Of a stretch of DNA of 64,000 bases, positions 32,532 through 43,017 are shown piece after piece. Origin of the DNA: Faecalimonas sp. (lineage in GTDB: Bacteria; Bacillota; Clostridia; Lachnospirales; Lachnospiraceae); contig JAZNXJ010000009.1 in NCBI GenBank assembly GCA_045593805.1, positions 5,759-69,758 of the forward strand, written 5' to 3'. The notes under the pieces were generated by a model. The model was not told the DNA's origin, made no database searches, and worked only from the letters and a program-made list of their open reading frames with translations. The stretch's first letter is position 1. Every line of letters begins with the position of its first letter. The position numbers were made by a program, and so were the translations under genes.

Positions 32532-32609
32532 TAAACCATACTAAACAAAGGGGTCTATGCATTAACAAAAAATGCATAGACCCCTATATTTTTACTATTC
32601 ATCTGAACA

Positions 32610-33224
32610 TCAAATGATACGAGTTTTAAATAATGCTGTTCCAACTGCACCTGTCACAATTGTCGATACAATCATTTCAACTACTGCATTGACTCCCACA
32701 AATGCACATGCGAACAGAATAATATTTTGTCCACCAATTAGTCCCCTCATATACTCAGTGTTTCCATATAGTAGTATCAAGGAACTCATAAAAAACACTG
32801 TATTTAAAAACGCTGCCAAAAATCCGGTAACTGATGTAGCAAAGGATATACCTTTAATTTTTTTTGCCCACCGAAAAATATATCCCAGCAAAAAGCCAAC
32901 TAAAGCTCTTGGGACAAATCTCTGTATAAAGGCCAAAAATGGATTGATGCCAAATAATATGGCTCCCATTGCACTAACACCTATACCCAGTCCTCCAAAA
33001 CATTGGCAAAAACTTGTGATGCCGAATACAGAACCCGCAATTACACCACCTGCAGGCCCCAAAGTGATGGCACAAATAGCAACTGGAATCATATTAAATG
33101 TTATGGCCAAAGGACCAATGTTTAAATATCCTAAAGGGGTATATGGCAACAATATAAGAATTCCTACCATGAGTCCCAAAATTGTTAACCGCCGTGTTGA
33201 AAATGACATTTCCTTGTCCTTCAT
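32610..33224 (-). CDS. ECF transporter S component (possibly pantothenate-specific)
   Basis: 204 aa with 5-6 TM segments. Sits 18 nt downstream of coaBC. Confidence 0.7.
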   Translation of the reverse strand: MKDKEMSFSTRRLTILGLMVGILILLPYTPLGYLNIGPLAITFNMIPVAICAITLGPAGGVIAGSVFGITSFCQCFGGLGIGVSAMGAILFGINPFLAFIQRFVPRALVGFLLGYIFRWAKKIKGISFATSVTGFLAAFLNTVFFMSSLILLYGNTEYMRGLIGGQNIILFACAFVGVNAVVEMIVSTIVTGAVGTALFKTRII

Positions 33225-33242
33225 TTCCTTCCCTCCATGTTG

Positions 33243-34445
33243 TTATTTACTCTTCCTCTGTCTCAGTATCTCATCTAAAATCTGCTCTGCAACTTCATCC
33301 TTACTCATCAGCTCCAGTGCAATTTCTTTCCCCGGAGTAATCATAGTAATCACATTCGTATCCACTCCAAAACCTGCGCCCGCCTGCTTCAAGTTGTTGG
33401 CAACAATCATATCCAAATTCTTATGAATCAACTTTCTGCGTGAATTTTCAAGCATGTCCTTTGTTTCCATAGAGAACCCACATAAGAATTGGCCTTGTCG
33501 TTTATTCATGCCAAGATATTTTAAAATATCCTTTGTGCGCTCTACCGGAATCACCATATCATCATCCGATTTCTTCATCTTATCATCACTCACTGTTGCC
33601 GGTGTGTAATCTGCAACTGCTGCCGCTTTGATAATAATGTCCTGTTTGTCAGCACAAGAAGTTACAGCCTCAAACATGTCCTCTGCACTCTTTATGTTTA
33701 CCACATCCACAAAGCGCGGTTTTGCAATAAAGGTTTCACCAGTTACCAAGGTTACATTGGCACCACGAAGCATAGCGTTTCTTGCAATAGCATACCCCAT
33801 CTTGCCTGTAGAATGATTGGTAATGTAGCGAACAGGGTCCAGTGCTTCTTGAGTAGCTCCAGCCGTAACAAGCACATTCATCCCTTTCATATCCTTCTCA
33901 AAGGCAATAGCTTTTAAAATATAGTCCAAAAGTACGTCTGTCTCCGGAAGTTTCCCCTCTCCAATATCTTTACATGCAAGCATACCTGTGGCAGGTTCGA
34001 TAATTTCAAATCCATAATGTTTTAATATCTCAATATTATCCTGCGTAATCGGATTATGAAGCATCTGCGTATTCATGGCCGGCGATACTATCTTAGGACA
34101 ATTACATGCAAGCACCGTTGTTGTAAGCATATCATCCGCCAAACCGTGCGCCATCTTTGCAATTACATTTGCCGTAGCCGGAGCAACAAGCACCACATCC
34201 GCTTGCTTTGAAAGCGCCACATGCTCCACACTATATTGGAAATTGCGGTCAAATGTATCTACAAGACATTTGTTATTTGTCAATGTTTCAAATGTAATTG
34301 GATTTATAAAATTCGTGGCATTCTTTGTCATAATCACATGCACATTACAATGTAGCTTAGATAGTTTGCTTGCAAGGTCTGCAATTTTGTAGGCAGCAAT
34401 GCTGCCGGTTACACCAAGAATGACTGTTTTTCCTTTTAACATCAA
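33243..34445 (-). CDS. coaBC: phosphopantothenoylcysteine decarboxylase / phosphopantothenate-cysteine ligase
   Basis: 400 aa. GVTGSIAAYK flavoprotein N-terminus and a CoaB half with the AAAVADY motif. Confidence 0.95.
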   Translation of the reverse strand: MMLKGKTVILGVTGSIAAYKIADLASKLSKLHCNVHVIMTKNATNFINPITFETLTNNKCLVDTFDRNFQYSVEHVALSKQADVVLVAPATANVIAKMAHGLADDMLTTTVLACNCPKIVSPAMNTQMLHNPITQDNIEILKHYGFEIIEPATGMLACKDIGEGKLPETDVLLDYILKAIAFEKDMKGMNVLVTAGATQEALDPVRYITNHSTGKMGYAIARNAMLRGANVTLVTGETFIAKPRFVDVVNIKSAEDMFEAVTSCADKQDIIIKAAAVADYTPATVSDDKMKKSDDDMVIPVERTKDILKYLGMNKRQGQFLCGFSMETKDMLENSRRKLIHKNLDMIVANNLKQAGAGFGVDTNVITMITPGKEIALELMSKDEVAEQILDEILRQRKSK

Positions 34446-34456
34446 AGTTTCTCCTC

Positions 34457-34987
34457 TTATCTTATCAACTTCTGTATCTTCTTACTCGTCTCCGTTCCTG
34501 CCACCTTCAAAAGTTCAAACAACAAAGACTCATAGGTTGTCACAATTGCACCTTCCTGACGAGCACGCTCAATCGCAACCTGCTTGTCCGATTCCTTTCG
34601 GCTGGAAATGCAGTCAGCAACCAGCACTGGCACGAATCCTGCTGCCTTCAAATCAATTACTGTTTGAAGCACACAGATGTGAGCCTCGATTCCACATACA
34701 ATTACGTATTTCTTGGAACTAAGTTTGTCCTTCACGCAATCAAATGCTGTAAATGAAATCTTGTCTATATATTCGGAAGTCCCTGCTGCCTCTGTAATCT
34801 CCTCTACTGTCATGCCAAGCCCTTTTGTGTACTGCTGAGTAACTACCATCGGCACGTCCAGTATCTTTAATCCCTCCAATAAAATACAAGAATTGTGAAG
34901 CAACTTGTCCTTATCGTTCATCACTGGAACCAATTTTTCCTGATAATCCACCACGATGGCTGTGGTGTGCTCTCGTTCGATTCTCAT
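34457..34987 (-). CDS. isochorismatase-family hydrolase
   Basis: 176 aa with VCGIEAHICV catalytic Cys motif. Confidence 0.85.
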   Translation of the reverse strand: MRIEREHTTAIVVDYQEKLVPVMNDKDKLLHNSCILLEGLKILDVPMVVTQQYTKGLGMTVEEITEAAGTSEYIDKISFTAFDCVKDKLSSKKYVIVCGIEAHICVLQTVIDLKAAGFVPVLVADCISSRKESDKQVAIERARQEGAIVTTYESLLFELLKVAGTETSKKIQKLIR

Positions 34988-34997
34988 GGCAATCCTC

Positions 34998-35750
34998 CTA
35001 TTTCAAATCAAGCTGTACCGGGCAGTGGTCAGAGCCCAGCACATCGGTTAAAATCTTAGCATCTTCCAATCTGTCCTTCAAGCACTCCGATACACAAAAG
35101 TAGTCAATTCTCCACCCTGCATTCTTTGCTCGAGCACTAAAGCGGTAAGACCACCATGAATAAACATCCTTCAAATCCGGATAAAAATATCGGAAGGTGT
35201 CAATAAATCCTGCCTTCAAAACTTCGCTAAATTTGCCACGCTCCTCATCTGTAAATCCTGCATTCTTGCGATTACTTTTGGGATTCTTAAGGTCGATTTC
35301 CTGATGCGCCACATTTAAATCGCCACAGAAAATCACGCCCTTCTTTTCTTCCAGTTTCTTTAAATACGCAAGGAAATCTGTCTCCCATTGCATGCGGTAA
35401 TCCAGTCTCTTAAGCTCGTCCTGCGAATTTGGTGTATAAACAGTCACCATGTAGAAGTCTTCAAATTCCAAGGTAATTACTCGACCTTCATGGTCATGCT
35501 CCTTTATCCCAATACCATACTGCACAGAGATTGGCTCCTGCTTCGTAAAAATAGCTGTTCCCGAATATCCCTTTTTCTCTGCATAGTTCCAATATTGATG
35601 GTAGCCCTCTAATTCCAATTCCAGTTGGCCTTCCTGCATTTTGCTTTCCTGAATACAGAAAATATCAGCATCCACTTCTTTGAAAAAATCTAAAAATCCT
35701 TTCTGCACACAGGCGCGAATGCCATTTACATTCCACGAAATTAATTTCAT
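34998..35750 (-). CDS. xth: exodeoxyribonuclease III
   Basis: 250 aa with [15 protein letters not shown] and SDHCPV motifs. Confidence 0.95.
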   Translation of the reverse strand: MKLISWNVNGIRACVQKGFLDFFKEVDADIFCIQESKMQEGQLELELEGYHQYWNYAEKKGYSGTAIFTKQEPISVQYGIGIKEHDHEGRVITLEFEDFYMVTVYTPNSQDELKRLDYRMQWETDFLAYLKKLEEKKGVIFCGDLNVAHQEIDLKNPKSNRKNAGFTDEERGKFSEVLKAGFIDTFRYFYPDLKDVYSWWSYRFSARAKNAGWRIDYFCVSECLKDRLEDAKILTDVLGSDHCPVQLDLK

Positions 35751-35763
35751 CTATACTTTTCTC

Positions 35764-36216
35764 CTATTTTTCCAATATCTTTTTAATCTCTGACATAAAT
35801 GTATTTACATCCTTAAACTCACGATAAATCGATGCAAATCTTACATATGCCACTTCATCCAACTCTTTCAATTTTTCCATAACAATTTCACCAATCACAC
35901 TGGTTGGAATCTCTTTTTCTTCACGGCTAAAAATTTCCGTCTCAATCTTCTCAATTGTCTTTTGGATATCTGTCGCTGAGATTGGACGTTTGTAACACGC
36001 ACTCAAAATACCACTCTCTATCTTAGAACGGTCATACTGTTCGCGATTATTATCTTTTTTTATTACTATAAGTGGAATTGTTTCTATCTTCTCATATGTG
36101 GTGAAACGTTTGCCACATTCATCACAGCAACGTCTTCTACGAATAGAACTTCCATCCTCTGCCGGTCTTGAATCTATAACTCTTGTATCGGTTGCACTAC
36201 AATATGGGCATTTCAT
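35764..36216 (-). CDS. nrdR: transcriptional repressor NrdR
   Basis: 150 aa. MKCPYC...CxxC zinc ribbon plus ATP-cone. Confidence 0.95.
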   Translation of the reverse strand: MKCPYCSATDTRVIDSRPAEDGSSIRRRRCCDECGKRFTTYEKIETIPLIVIKKDNNREQYDRSKIESGILSACYKRPISATDIQKTIEKIETEIFSREEKEIPTSVIGEIVMEKLKELDEVAYVRFASIYREFKDVNTFMSEIKKILEK

Positions 36217-36273
36217 TTTGTCATCCTCCTAGTAAATATAAATCTACCTTTGTATTCTAACAGAAATGTTTCA

Positions 36274-36531
36274 CTATTTGCAACCTTTCAGGCATTTTTC
36301 CTCGCTAATTTCTACCATAATGAAGTCTTCCCCAATTTTTTTAATACAATCAAAGGGAATCACAAACTCACAATCACTCCCAAAGATACCACAAAACTTA
36401 GTATGCTCCGGCACAACAAGTGCCTGAATGCAGCCATCACACAAGTCAAACACTAAATCCTCCACACACCCTAACCGCTTGCAAGTACACAAATTAATTA
36501 CTTCTTTCTCACGAAGTTCACAAAGCCTCAT
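36274..36531 (-). CDS. YlmC/YmxH family sporulation protein (PRC barrel)
   Basis: 85 aa. LREKEVINxxxCKRLG motif. Confidence 0.82.
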   Translation of the reverse strand: MRLCELREKEVINLCTCKRLGCVEDLVFDLCDGCIQALVVPEHTKFCGIFGSDCEFVIPFDCIKKIGEDFIMVEISEEKCLKGCK

Positions 36532-36696
36532 AGAATCACCTGTTTTTACTTCTTATAATCCACTATATGCTGAAAGACTTGTCATCTCCACTCCATCCAC
36601 CCCTCCACTTTTCACATTTTTTTCACACTTCTTTCACAGTTCGTTTATCTTTGAGTTTTATGATTTGTACAGTAGAAAAATTTACCACAAGGAGAT

Positions 36697-37431
36697 ATGC
36701 TCATGTCATATCAAACCATCTTCAAACGACATGAATTAAAATACATATTGACAAAAGAGCAGAAAAACATTGTTCTAAAGGCAATGGAGCCACACATGTC
36801 ACCCGATAAATACGGGCGCACCACCATCCGCAATCTTTATTTTGACACGGATAGCTATCGGTTAATCCGGCGCTCCATTGAAAAACCCGCTTACAAAGAA
36901 AAACTTCGCATCCGGAGTTATCACAAAGCAAGTCCGGACACTACCGTCTTTGTGGAATTAAAGAAGAAATACAAAGGAGTTGTATATAAACGACGAATTC
37001 CTCTTCCTGAGAAGGACGCTGTAAACTGGATTTGCGCAGGAAATACTTGCACGGACCAGACACAGATAACCGATGAAATCGACTATTTTCTCGCATATTA
37101 TGGAAATTTGCATCCAACCGTCTTTCTTTCCTATGAACGCGAAGCTTTTTTTGCAAAAGACGGCTCTGATTTTCGCGTAACCTTTGATGAAAATATTTTA
37201 TGCCGCCAATCAAATTTATCACTGGAATCAGATGTTGGTGGCAATTTAATCTTAGAAGACGGGCTGACTTTGATGGAAATTAAATGCTCCGGCGGCATTC
37301 CTCTGTGGATGACTGAGATACTATCCAAGGAGCAGATTTATAAAACATCCTTTTCTAAATACGGAACTGCATATCAAACATTAATTTATCCAAAACTAAA
37401 GGAGGAAACTATTTATGGAAACATTATTTAA
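36697..37431 (+). CDS. VTC-domain (polyphosphate polymerase-like, CYTH fold) protein
   Basis: 244 aa. FKRHELKY and IRSLYFDT-type motifs. Confidence 0.82.
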   Translation: MLMSYQTIFKRHELKYILTKEQKNIVLKAMEPHMSPDKYGRTTIRNLYFDTDSYRLIRRSIEKPAYKEKLRIRSYHKASPDTTVFVELKKKYKGVVYKRRIPLPEKDAVNWICAGNTCTDQTQITDEIDYFLAYYGNLHPTVFLSYEREAFFAKDGSDFRVTFDENILCRQSNLSLESDVGGNLILEDGLTLMEIKCSGGIPLWMTEILSKEQIYKTSFSKYGTAYQTLIYPKLKEETIYGNII

Positions 37432-38107
37432 AGGAATTTTTGACTCAGAACTGACAACCGTAATCAGTGTATCCGATTTTTTATTATGTATCGGAGTATC
37501 ATTAATAATCGGTCTTCTCATCGCGTTTAGCTACATGTATAAAACGCGTTACACCAAAAGCTTTGTCGTGACTCTTGCACTGTTACCTGCAGTTGTCTGC
37601 GTGGTGATTATGATGGTAAATGGAAACGTAGGAACTGGAGTAGCGGTAGCGGGTGCATTTAGTCTGGTACGTTTCCGGTCCGTTCCAGGAACTGCAAAAG
37701 AAATCGGAACCTTGTTCCTAGCCATGGGTGCTGGTCTCATTGCCGGTATGGGTTATCTTGGCTTTGCGGTGTTATTTGCTATCATCTTAGGTGCAATCTT
37801 CTTACTCTACAGCCAACTTGATTTTGGCACAAAGAAAAAATCTGCCATGTACAAAACACTTAATATCACCATTCCCGAGGACTTGGATTATAGTGGCGTG
37901 TTTGATGAAATCTTTTCGCAATACACAAGTTCATTTGAACTTACAAATGTAAAAACCACAAACATGGGAAGTATGTTCCGCTTAACATACGATATCGTTT
38001 TAAAAGATGCTGCAAAAGAAAAAGAATTCATTGATAAACTCCGTTGTCGCAACGGCAACTTGGAAATCAATGTTTCTAAGCAATCCACAATTACAATGGA
38101 ACTCTAG
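37415..38107 (+). CDS. DUF4956-like membrane protein
   Basis: 230 aa, TM-rich. Overlaps the VTC gene by 17 nt, the usual partner arrangement. Confidence 0.75.
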   Translation: METLFKGIFDSELTTVISVSDFLLCIGVSLIIGLLIAFSYMYKTRYTKSFVVTLALLPAVVCVVIMMVNGNVGTGVAVAGAFSLVRFRSVPGTAKEIGTLFLAMGAGLIAGMGYLGFAVLFAIILGAIFLLYSQLDFGTKKKSAMYKTLNITIPEDLDYSGVFDEIFSQYTSSFELTNVKTTNMGSMFRLTYDIVLKDAAKEKEFIDKLRCRNGNLEINVSKQSTITMEL

Positions 38108-38128
38108 AATGATTGGAGGTATTACTTT

Positions 38129-40039
38129 ATGAGAAACGAAGTTTCCTATAAAGCCAAAAAACTTCTCGTCCTGCTTCTGGCGAGCATGCTCGTTCTTTCG
38201 GGATGTGAGAAAAATTCTTCTACAGAAGGCAATGAATCTGGCACCAGTACGAATAATACAAGCAATGATACAACAAATGATGAAGTTACATCTACAGTAA
38301 TCAATGAGTCGGAAATGTTTACAGACCGTGACTTTGAAACGGATTACGAAGAAAGTAAATCTATTGCAGTCACTCTAAGTGGCGATTCTGTTTCTTGCAA
38401 ATCTGATGCAGTAAAGATGAAGGGTACTACCATCACTCTTTCCGAAGAAGGAACGTACATTTTTTCTGGAACCTTGGATGATGGTATGATTGTTGTAAAT
38501 GCAGATGACAAAGCCAAACTTCAGATTGTGTTGGATAATGCTTCAATTACAAGCAAAACCTCTGCTGCGCTTTATATCTTAGAAGCCGACAAGGTATTTG
38601 TAACATTGGCAGCAGGAACCTCCAATACGTTGGCAAATGGCGGAACATTTACTGCTATCGATGATAACAATATTGACGGCGCCGTATTTTCCAAACAAGA
38701 TTTAACCTTTAATGGTTCTGGTAGCCTTACTGTTACTTCTCCTGCTGACCACGGAATTATCTGCAAGGATGATTTGGTTTTCACAGGCGGAACCTATACG
38801 ATAAACTCCGCATCTCATGGACTTGATGCAAATGACAGCGTAAGAATCACGCAGGCTTCTATCACAGTTGCCTCTGGTAAAGATGGAATCCATGTAGAAA
38901 ACTCGGATGATACCTCACTTGGTTTTGTTTATGTGAAAGATGGATCCTTTGATATTGCTGCTGAAGGCGATGGCATCAGTTCCGGAAACTCTATGCTGAT
39001 TAATAATGGTACATTCAGCATTGTTTCTGGTGGAGGTAGTGAAAACTCGTCCAAGCAGTCTTCCGACTCGTGGGGTGACTTCATGGGCGGACCGGGAGCT
39101 GGTATGGGCGGACCTGGTGGTATGGGTGGACGCCCTGGACGTAAAACAACAAATCCGTCTGGTTCAACCAACAACACTGCTTCCTCAAATTCATCTGACA
39201 CAACTGCGTCCTCAGACACAGAATCAGACGATAGTAGCTCTAGCATCAAGGCAATTAAATCAACGGGTCATATGTTAATCAAAGGTGGCGCATTTACCAT
39301 TGATTCTGCAGATGACTCCGTACATTCTAATTCTTCCATCACTGTAAATGGTGGTACTTTTACTATTGCTTCCGGTGATGATGCTTTTCATGCAGATGAG
39401 ACACTAACAATTACAAACGGAACGATTGATATCAGCGAAAGTTATGAAGGATTAGAAGCCCTCGATATTCTTGTTTCTGGTGGTGATATCAAACTAGTAG
39501 CAAGCGACGATGGGTTAAATGCTGCTGGTGGAACAGACGAAAGCGGCTACGGTGGAAACCGTGGAAACGATCAGTTTGGTGGTCGCGGTGGCATGGGTGG
39601 TTCCTCTTCTTCCAATGGTAGTATAAAAATTACTGGTGGGAAATTATATATCAATGCTTCCGGTGATGGAATTGACGCAAACGGTTCGCTTGAAATCTCC
39701 GGTGGTTATACCGTTGTTGTTGGTCCTACACAAGGTGACACCGCAACCTTAGATTATGATACAAGTGCAATCATTACCGGTGGCACTTTTATTGGAACTG
39801 GTGCATCTGGTATGGCACAGACCTGCAGTGATTCTGAGGAAGGTGTTTTTGCAGTCAGCGTTGGAAACCAAGTTTCCGACACAAAGATTGAATTAAAAGA
39901 CTCTAAAGGAAATGTGATTATTTCGTATGAACCGGAATTGTCTTTTGCGGTTGCTATTCTAAGCAGCCCTGATATTAAAAAAGGCGAAACCTATACGATT
40001 ACCGTTGGTTCTACCACTGGTGAATTTGAAGCGAGTTAA
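38129..40039 (+). CDS. lipoprotein, beta-helix carbohydrate-binding-domain protein (Cthe_2159-like)
   Basis: 636 aa. Lipobox LVLSGC, repeated xDGIxSxxSxxINGG strands and two Gly-rich linkers. Confidence 0.65.
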   Translation: MRNEVSYKAKKLLVLLLASMLVLSGCEKNSSTEGNESGTSTNNTSNDTTNDEVTSTVINESEMFTDRDFETDYEESKSIAVTLSGDSVSCKSDAVKMKGTTITLSEEGTYIFSGTLDDGMIVVNADDKAKLQIVLDNASITSKTSAALYILEADKVFVTLAAGTSNTLANGGTFTAIDDNNIDGAVFSKQDLTFNGSGSLTVTSPADHGIICKDDLVFTGGTYTINSASHGLDANDSVRITQASITVASGKDGIHVENSDDTSLGFVYVKDGSFDIAAEGDGISSGNSMLINNGTFSIVSGGGSENSSKQSSDSWGDFMGGPGAGMGGPGGMGGRPGRKTTNPSGSTNNTASSNSSDTTASSDTESDDSSSSIKAIKSTGHMLIKGGAFTIDSADDSVHSNSSITVNGGTFTIASGDDAFHADETLTITNGTIDISESYEGLEALDILVSGGDIKLVASDDGLNAAGGTDESGYGGNRGNDQFGGRGGMGGSSSSNGSIKITGGKLYINASGDGIDANGSLEISGGYTVVVGPTQGDTATLDYDTSAIITGGTFIGTGASGMAQTCSDSEEGVFAVSVGNQVSDTKIELKDSKGNVIISYEPELSFAVAILSSPDIKKGETYTITVGSTTGEFEAS

Positions 40040-40075
40040 AAATTGATTACATGAAGAAGACCATATGGATTGAGA

Positions 40076-40345
40076 TTATATTCCTCCTTCCATATGGTCT
40101 TTATTTTTCATCAATTCTTCTTTCTCTTTTCTCGCCATATGCTTTATCACATACTCTCGGCGCATCGCTTCTTCCTTCGTCTCAAACATCTCATGATAGA
40201 TTAAAACTACCGGCCGTCTTGCTTTCGTATATTTTGCACTTTTTCCATCATTATGGTCTTTCAACCGCTTTTCCAGATTATTGGTCCAACCAGTATAATA
40301 GGTGCCGTCTTTACACTCCAAAATATATGTGTAATTCATCTTCAA
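40076..40345 (-). CDS. GIY-YIG nuclease family protein
   Basis: 89 aa. YILECKDGTYYTGWTNNLEKRLKDHN motif. Confidence 0.88.
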   Translation of the reverse strand: MKMNYTYILECKDGTYYTGWTNNLEKRLKDHNDGKSAKYTKARRPVVLIYHEMFETKEEAMRREYVIKHMARKEKEELMKNKDHMEGGI

Positions 40346-40357
40346 ACACCCCTACTC

Positions 40358-40759
40358 CTACAAATTCTCTGGCCTAAAACTCACCGGTAACAGTTGCTCC
40401 AACGTATAAGTTTCTATACCATCCGGTTTCAACAAATGAATTTCGAAATCATCTGCACAGAATTCGCGCATCACCTGCCTGCACACACCACATGGTGGAA
40501 ACAAACCTTCAATTACTCCGTCTTTCCCGCCACAAACTGCGATTGCTGCAAATTCTTTTTTGCCTTCACTTACGGCTTTAAAAAATGCTGTACGTTCTGC
40601 ACAATTTGTCGCAGAAAAACTTACATTTTCCACATTGCACCCTGTATAGACACTGCCATCTTTGCACAGCAATGCCGCGCCAACTTTATACCCCGAATAC
40701 GGGCTATAAGCCCTCTCCATAGCTTCTTTTGCCATTGTAGCTAATTGTTCTTTCGTCAT
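40358..40759 (-). CDS. cdd: cytidine deaminase
   Basis: 133 aa with CAERTA and PCGVCRQ zinc motifs. Confidence 0.93.
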   Translation of the reverse strand: MTKEQLATMAKEAMERAYSPYSGYKVGAALLCKDGSVYTGCNVENVSFSATNCAERTAFFKAVSEGKKEFAAIAVCGGKDGVIEGLFPPCGVCRQVMREFCADDFEIHLLKPDGIETYTLEQLLPVSFRPENL

Positions 40760-40806
40760 AGCAAATCACCTCACTATTGATGTTTATATATCATAGCAAA
40801 AGCAGG

Positions 40807-41457
40807 TTAGTTTGTAAAGTTAACCTCTATATACTCCTCCAAACAAACATCCTCTTCAAACATCTCCTTTGCCACATCCTCACCAACATATCTATAATGC
40901 CAAGGCTCATAATTAATTCCCGTAATCTCTGTCTTATCTTCCGGATAACGTTGAATGAATCCATACTCATGCGCATGTTCAGCAAGCCAAGTATACACTT
41001 CTGAACCAGAGCTATTAATGCCATCCGCATTAATATCCACAGCGATACCTAGTTGGTGCTCACTTGTCCCCGGAACAGCTACCCATTTTTCTGCGTACCA
41101 CCTTGCAACAAATTTAACTTGAACCTTTTCTTTATATTCTTCCACCTTATCATCCATCAGTTTCTGTTGGTCTTCCTGAGTTCGATACCCTTCCCTCACA
41201 ATCATGTAAATACCTTCTTCCTCCGCTGCGTCAAACATATCCTGCAGCGCCGGATAGACTCTCGCATCCACACGTTCACCATTATCCAGCTTCGTTAATT
41301 TCACCGCATAATTTTGTGGCACATAATAATCATCATTTACCAAGATTAAATTCCAGCCATTTATATCTGTGGCATATTCCGTTCTTTCTGAAAAGATAAA
41401 ACCACAAATACATGACACTACAAATATCCCGAAAAATGTATTTACAAATTTTCTCAT
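40807..41457 (-). CDS. M15-family D-alanyl-D-alanine carboxypeptidase (VanY-like)
   Basis: 216 aa. N-terminal TM, SEHQLGIAVD and EPWHYRYVG motifs. Confidence 0.88.
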   Translation of the reverse strand: MRKFVNTFFGIFVVSCICGFIFSERTEYATDINGWNLILVNDDYYVPQNYAVKLTKLDNGERVDARVYPALQDMFDAAEEEGIYMIVREGYRTQEDQQKLMDDKVEEYKEKVQVKFVARWYAEKWVAVPGTSEHQLGIAVDINADGINSSGSEVYTWLAEHAHEYGFIQRYPEDKTEITGINYEPWHYRYVGEDVAKEMFEEDVCLEEYIEVNFTN

Positions 41458-41556
41458 TCCTTAATCCTCCGTATACTAGTAAGTATACCCAAGTTTCCTT
41501 AAGGAAATTGTTGGTAAAATATAAAGTGTTTCTTAAAAAAATCTTATGCTTTCCAT

Positions 41557-41586
41557 TGAAAAACGGATGCTCTTTATGAACATCCG
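41557..41586 (-). terminator. intrinsic terminator
   Basis: CGGATG-N11-CATCCG hairpin followed by a T-run on the minus strand. Overlaps the stop of ORF 41574-41801. Confidence 0.45.
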
Positions 41587-41801
41587 CTGGATTTTTTGCT
41601 CTTTTCATAATCGTTAATTTGTTTCCAGAGATTTTCTTTAAGTTTCTTTGGAACTTTAACATCTTTTAACAAAGGATTGGAATTCCCTTGATAAAGAATT
41701 GTTTCTAGTTCTGCATCGAAAAGCTGTGTAATATACTGCTTCCATTCTTCATCTGAATCTGTGCTTGGTGGATAAATATACTCTGTATTCCTCTTTAACA
41801 T
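41574..41801 (-). CDS. hypothetical small protein
   Basis: 75-aa ORF with its own downstream hairpin. No recognisable motif. Confidence 0.35.
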   Translation of the reverse strand: MLKRNTEYIYPPSTDSDEEWKQYITQLFDAELETILYQGNSNPLLKDVKVPKKLKENLWKQINDYEKSKKSSGCS

Positions 41802-41890
41802 TTTTCCCCTTTCCGAGACCCTTTGTATATTATATATTAAGATTTATAACAGTTCCAGCCCTTATCAATGTCCCTAACAATTTTTAGTTA

Positions 41891-42021
41891 AATTTGCGTA
41901 CAACAAAAAGACCACCTACTGCTGGTCTCGTGCTTCTATTAAGTTTGTTGATATTAAGCTGCTCTTATAATCTGCATTCGGTTTCTTGGATGCTTGTTTC
42001 GCAGAATCTCCGCCTGCTTTT
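41891..42021. repeat. 131-bp direct repeat, left copy (orphan recombinase 3' end plus terminator)
   Basis: Matches 44693-44823 with 4 mismatches. Contains the last 22 codons and stop of a recombinase reading frame. Confidence 0.95.
41901..41928 (-). terminator. hairpin plus T-tract inside the left repeat, probably terminating the ABC operon
   Basis: AGACCA-N8-TGGTCT followed by TTTTTGTTG on the minus strand. Confidence 0.45.
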
Positions 42022-42034
42022 AAGTCAAAATCTC

Positions 42035-43003
42035 CTACTTCTTGGCTGTATAGATTTCTTTAATAATGTCTTCAATAGGAGTACTGCTAATTTTAATATC
42101 TTCTATTCTTGCCACATGCGAAAGCCTACTCATTACGTCATCAATAGATATCTCTTCCAAATCAATTACAAATGATTTCTTCTTTCCATTATCAGAAATC
42201 ATTTGTATTTTTTCATCAGGGATAACAACTTCTTCAGATAACTCAACATCTATAAAACGTCGTCTTCCATGAATATCTGCAACCTGATCCATTGCTCCCT
42301 GATAAACAATATTTCCATTATCTATTACAATAAGATCTTTACAAACATTCACAATATCTGCCATATCGTGTGAAGTGACCAACATTGTGACATCTTTTTC
42401 CTTGTTTAAATACGAAATAAAATTTCTAATCTTCTCCCTTGCCACAATATCCAGTCCTATTGTCGGTTCATCAAGGAAGACAATTTGTGGGTTATGCAAA
42501 AAAGCAACTGCTATTTCACAGCGCATCCTCTGACCTAGACTCATCTGACGAACAGGTTTATGTACAAAAGAAGATAAGTCCAAAATATCAGAAAATAATT
42601 GCATATTTTCTTTATACATCCATGTTGGTATCTTATAAATCTCTTTGAAGAGTTCAAATGAATCTATCGCGGGTAAGTCCCACCACAACTGACTTCTATT
42701 TCCAAAAACAACTCCTATCTGCTTTACATATTCTTTTCGGTGTTTTATGGGCGATAACCCATTCACCAACAAACTTCCGCTTGTAGGTTTCAAAATTCCG
42801 GTGAGCATCTTAATCGTTGTAGACTTTCCCGCTCCATTCGGACCAATAAATCCCACACTATCCCCCTTTTTTATATTAAGGTTAATGCCATTGACCGCCT
42901 GTACAATTTCTTTTTGCGGAACAAATAAACTTTTTAAATGATGATTTTTATTCTTTACAACTGTGTAACTCTTTGATAAATTCACAGCTTCGATAATACA
43001 CAT
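42035..43003 (-). CDS. ABC transporter ATP-binding protein
   Basis: GPNGAGKST Walker A, LSLGQRMR signature and FLDEPT Walker B. Start at MCIIEAV after AAAGGAG. Confidence 0.92.
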   Translation of the reverse strand: MCIIEAVNLSKSYTVVKNKNHHLKSLFVPQKEIVQAVNGINLNIKKGDSVGFIGPNGAGKSTTIKMLTGILKPTSGSLLVNGLSPIKHRKEYVKQIGVVFGNRSQLWWDLPAIDSFELFKEIYKIPTWMYKENMQLFSDILDLSSFVHKPVRQMSLGQRMRCEIAVAFLHNPQIVFLDEPTIGLDIVAREKIRNFISYLNKEKDVTMLVTSHDMADIVNVCKDLIVIDNGNIVYQGAMDQVADIHGRRRFIDVELSEEVVIPDEKIQMISDNGKKKSFVIDLEEISIDDVMSRLSHVARIEDIKISSTPIEDIIKEIYTAKK

Positions 43004-43017
43004 AGTGAGTTCTCCTT

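Noticed and set aside
32572-33426. 284-aa plus-strand ORF, the longest unexplained ORF in the track.
   Set aside because: It is fully antisense to the ECF S-component and the coaBC 3' end, which both have clear family motifs. Its Pro/Ile/Thr-rich low-complexity translation is typical of a shadow ORF.
39060-39620. Gly-rich, repetitive-looking DNA inside the lipoprotein gene, considered as a possible tandem repeat or CRISPR-like array.
   Set aside because: The repeats are at the protein level only (GGxG linkers), lie within one continuous ORF, and show no regular DNA periodicity.
41333-41662. 109-aa minus-strand ORF spanning the VanY start region.
   Set aside because: It overlaps the VanY N-terminus and the terminator of the upstream small ORF, and no RBS is visible.
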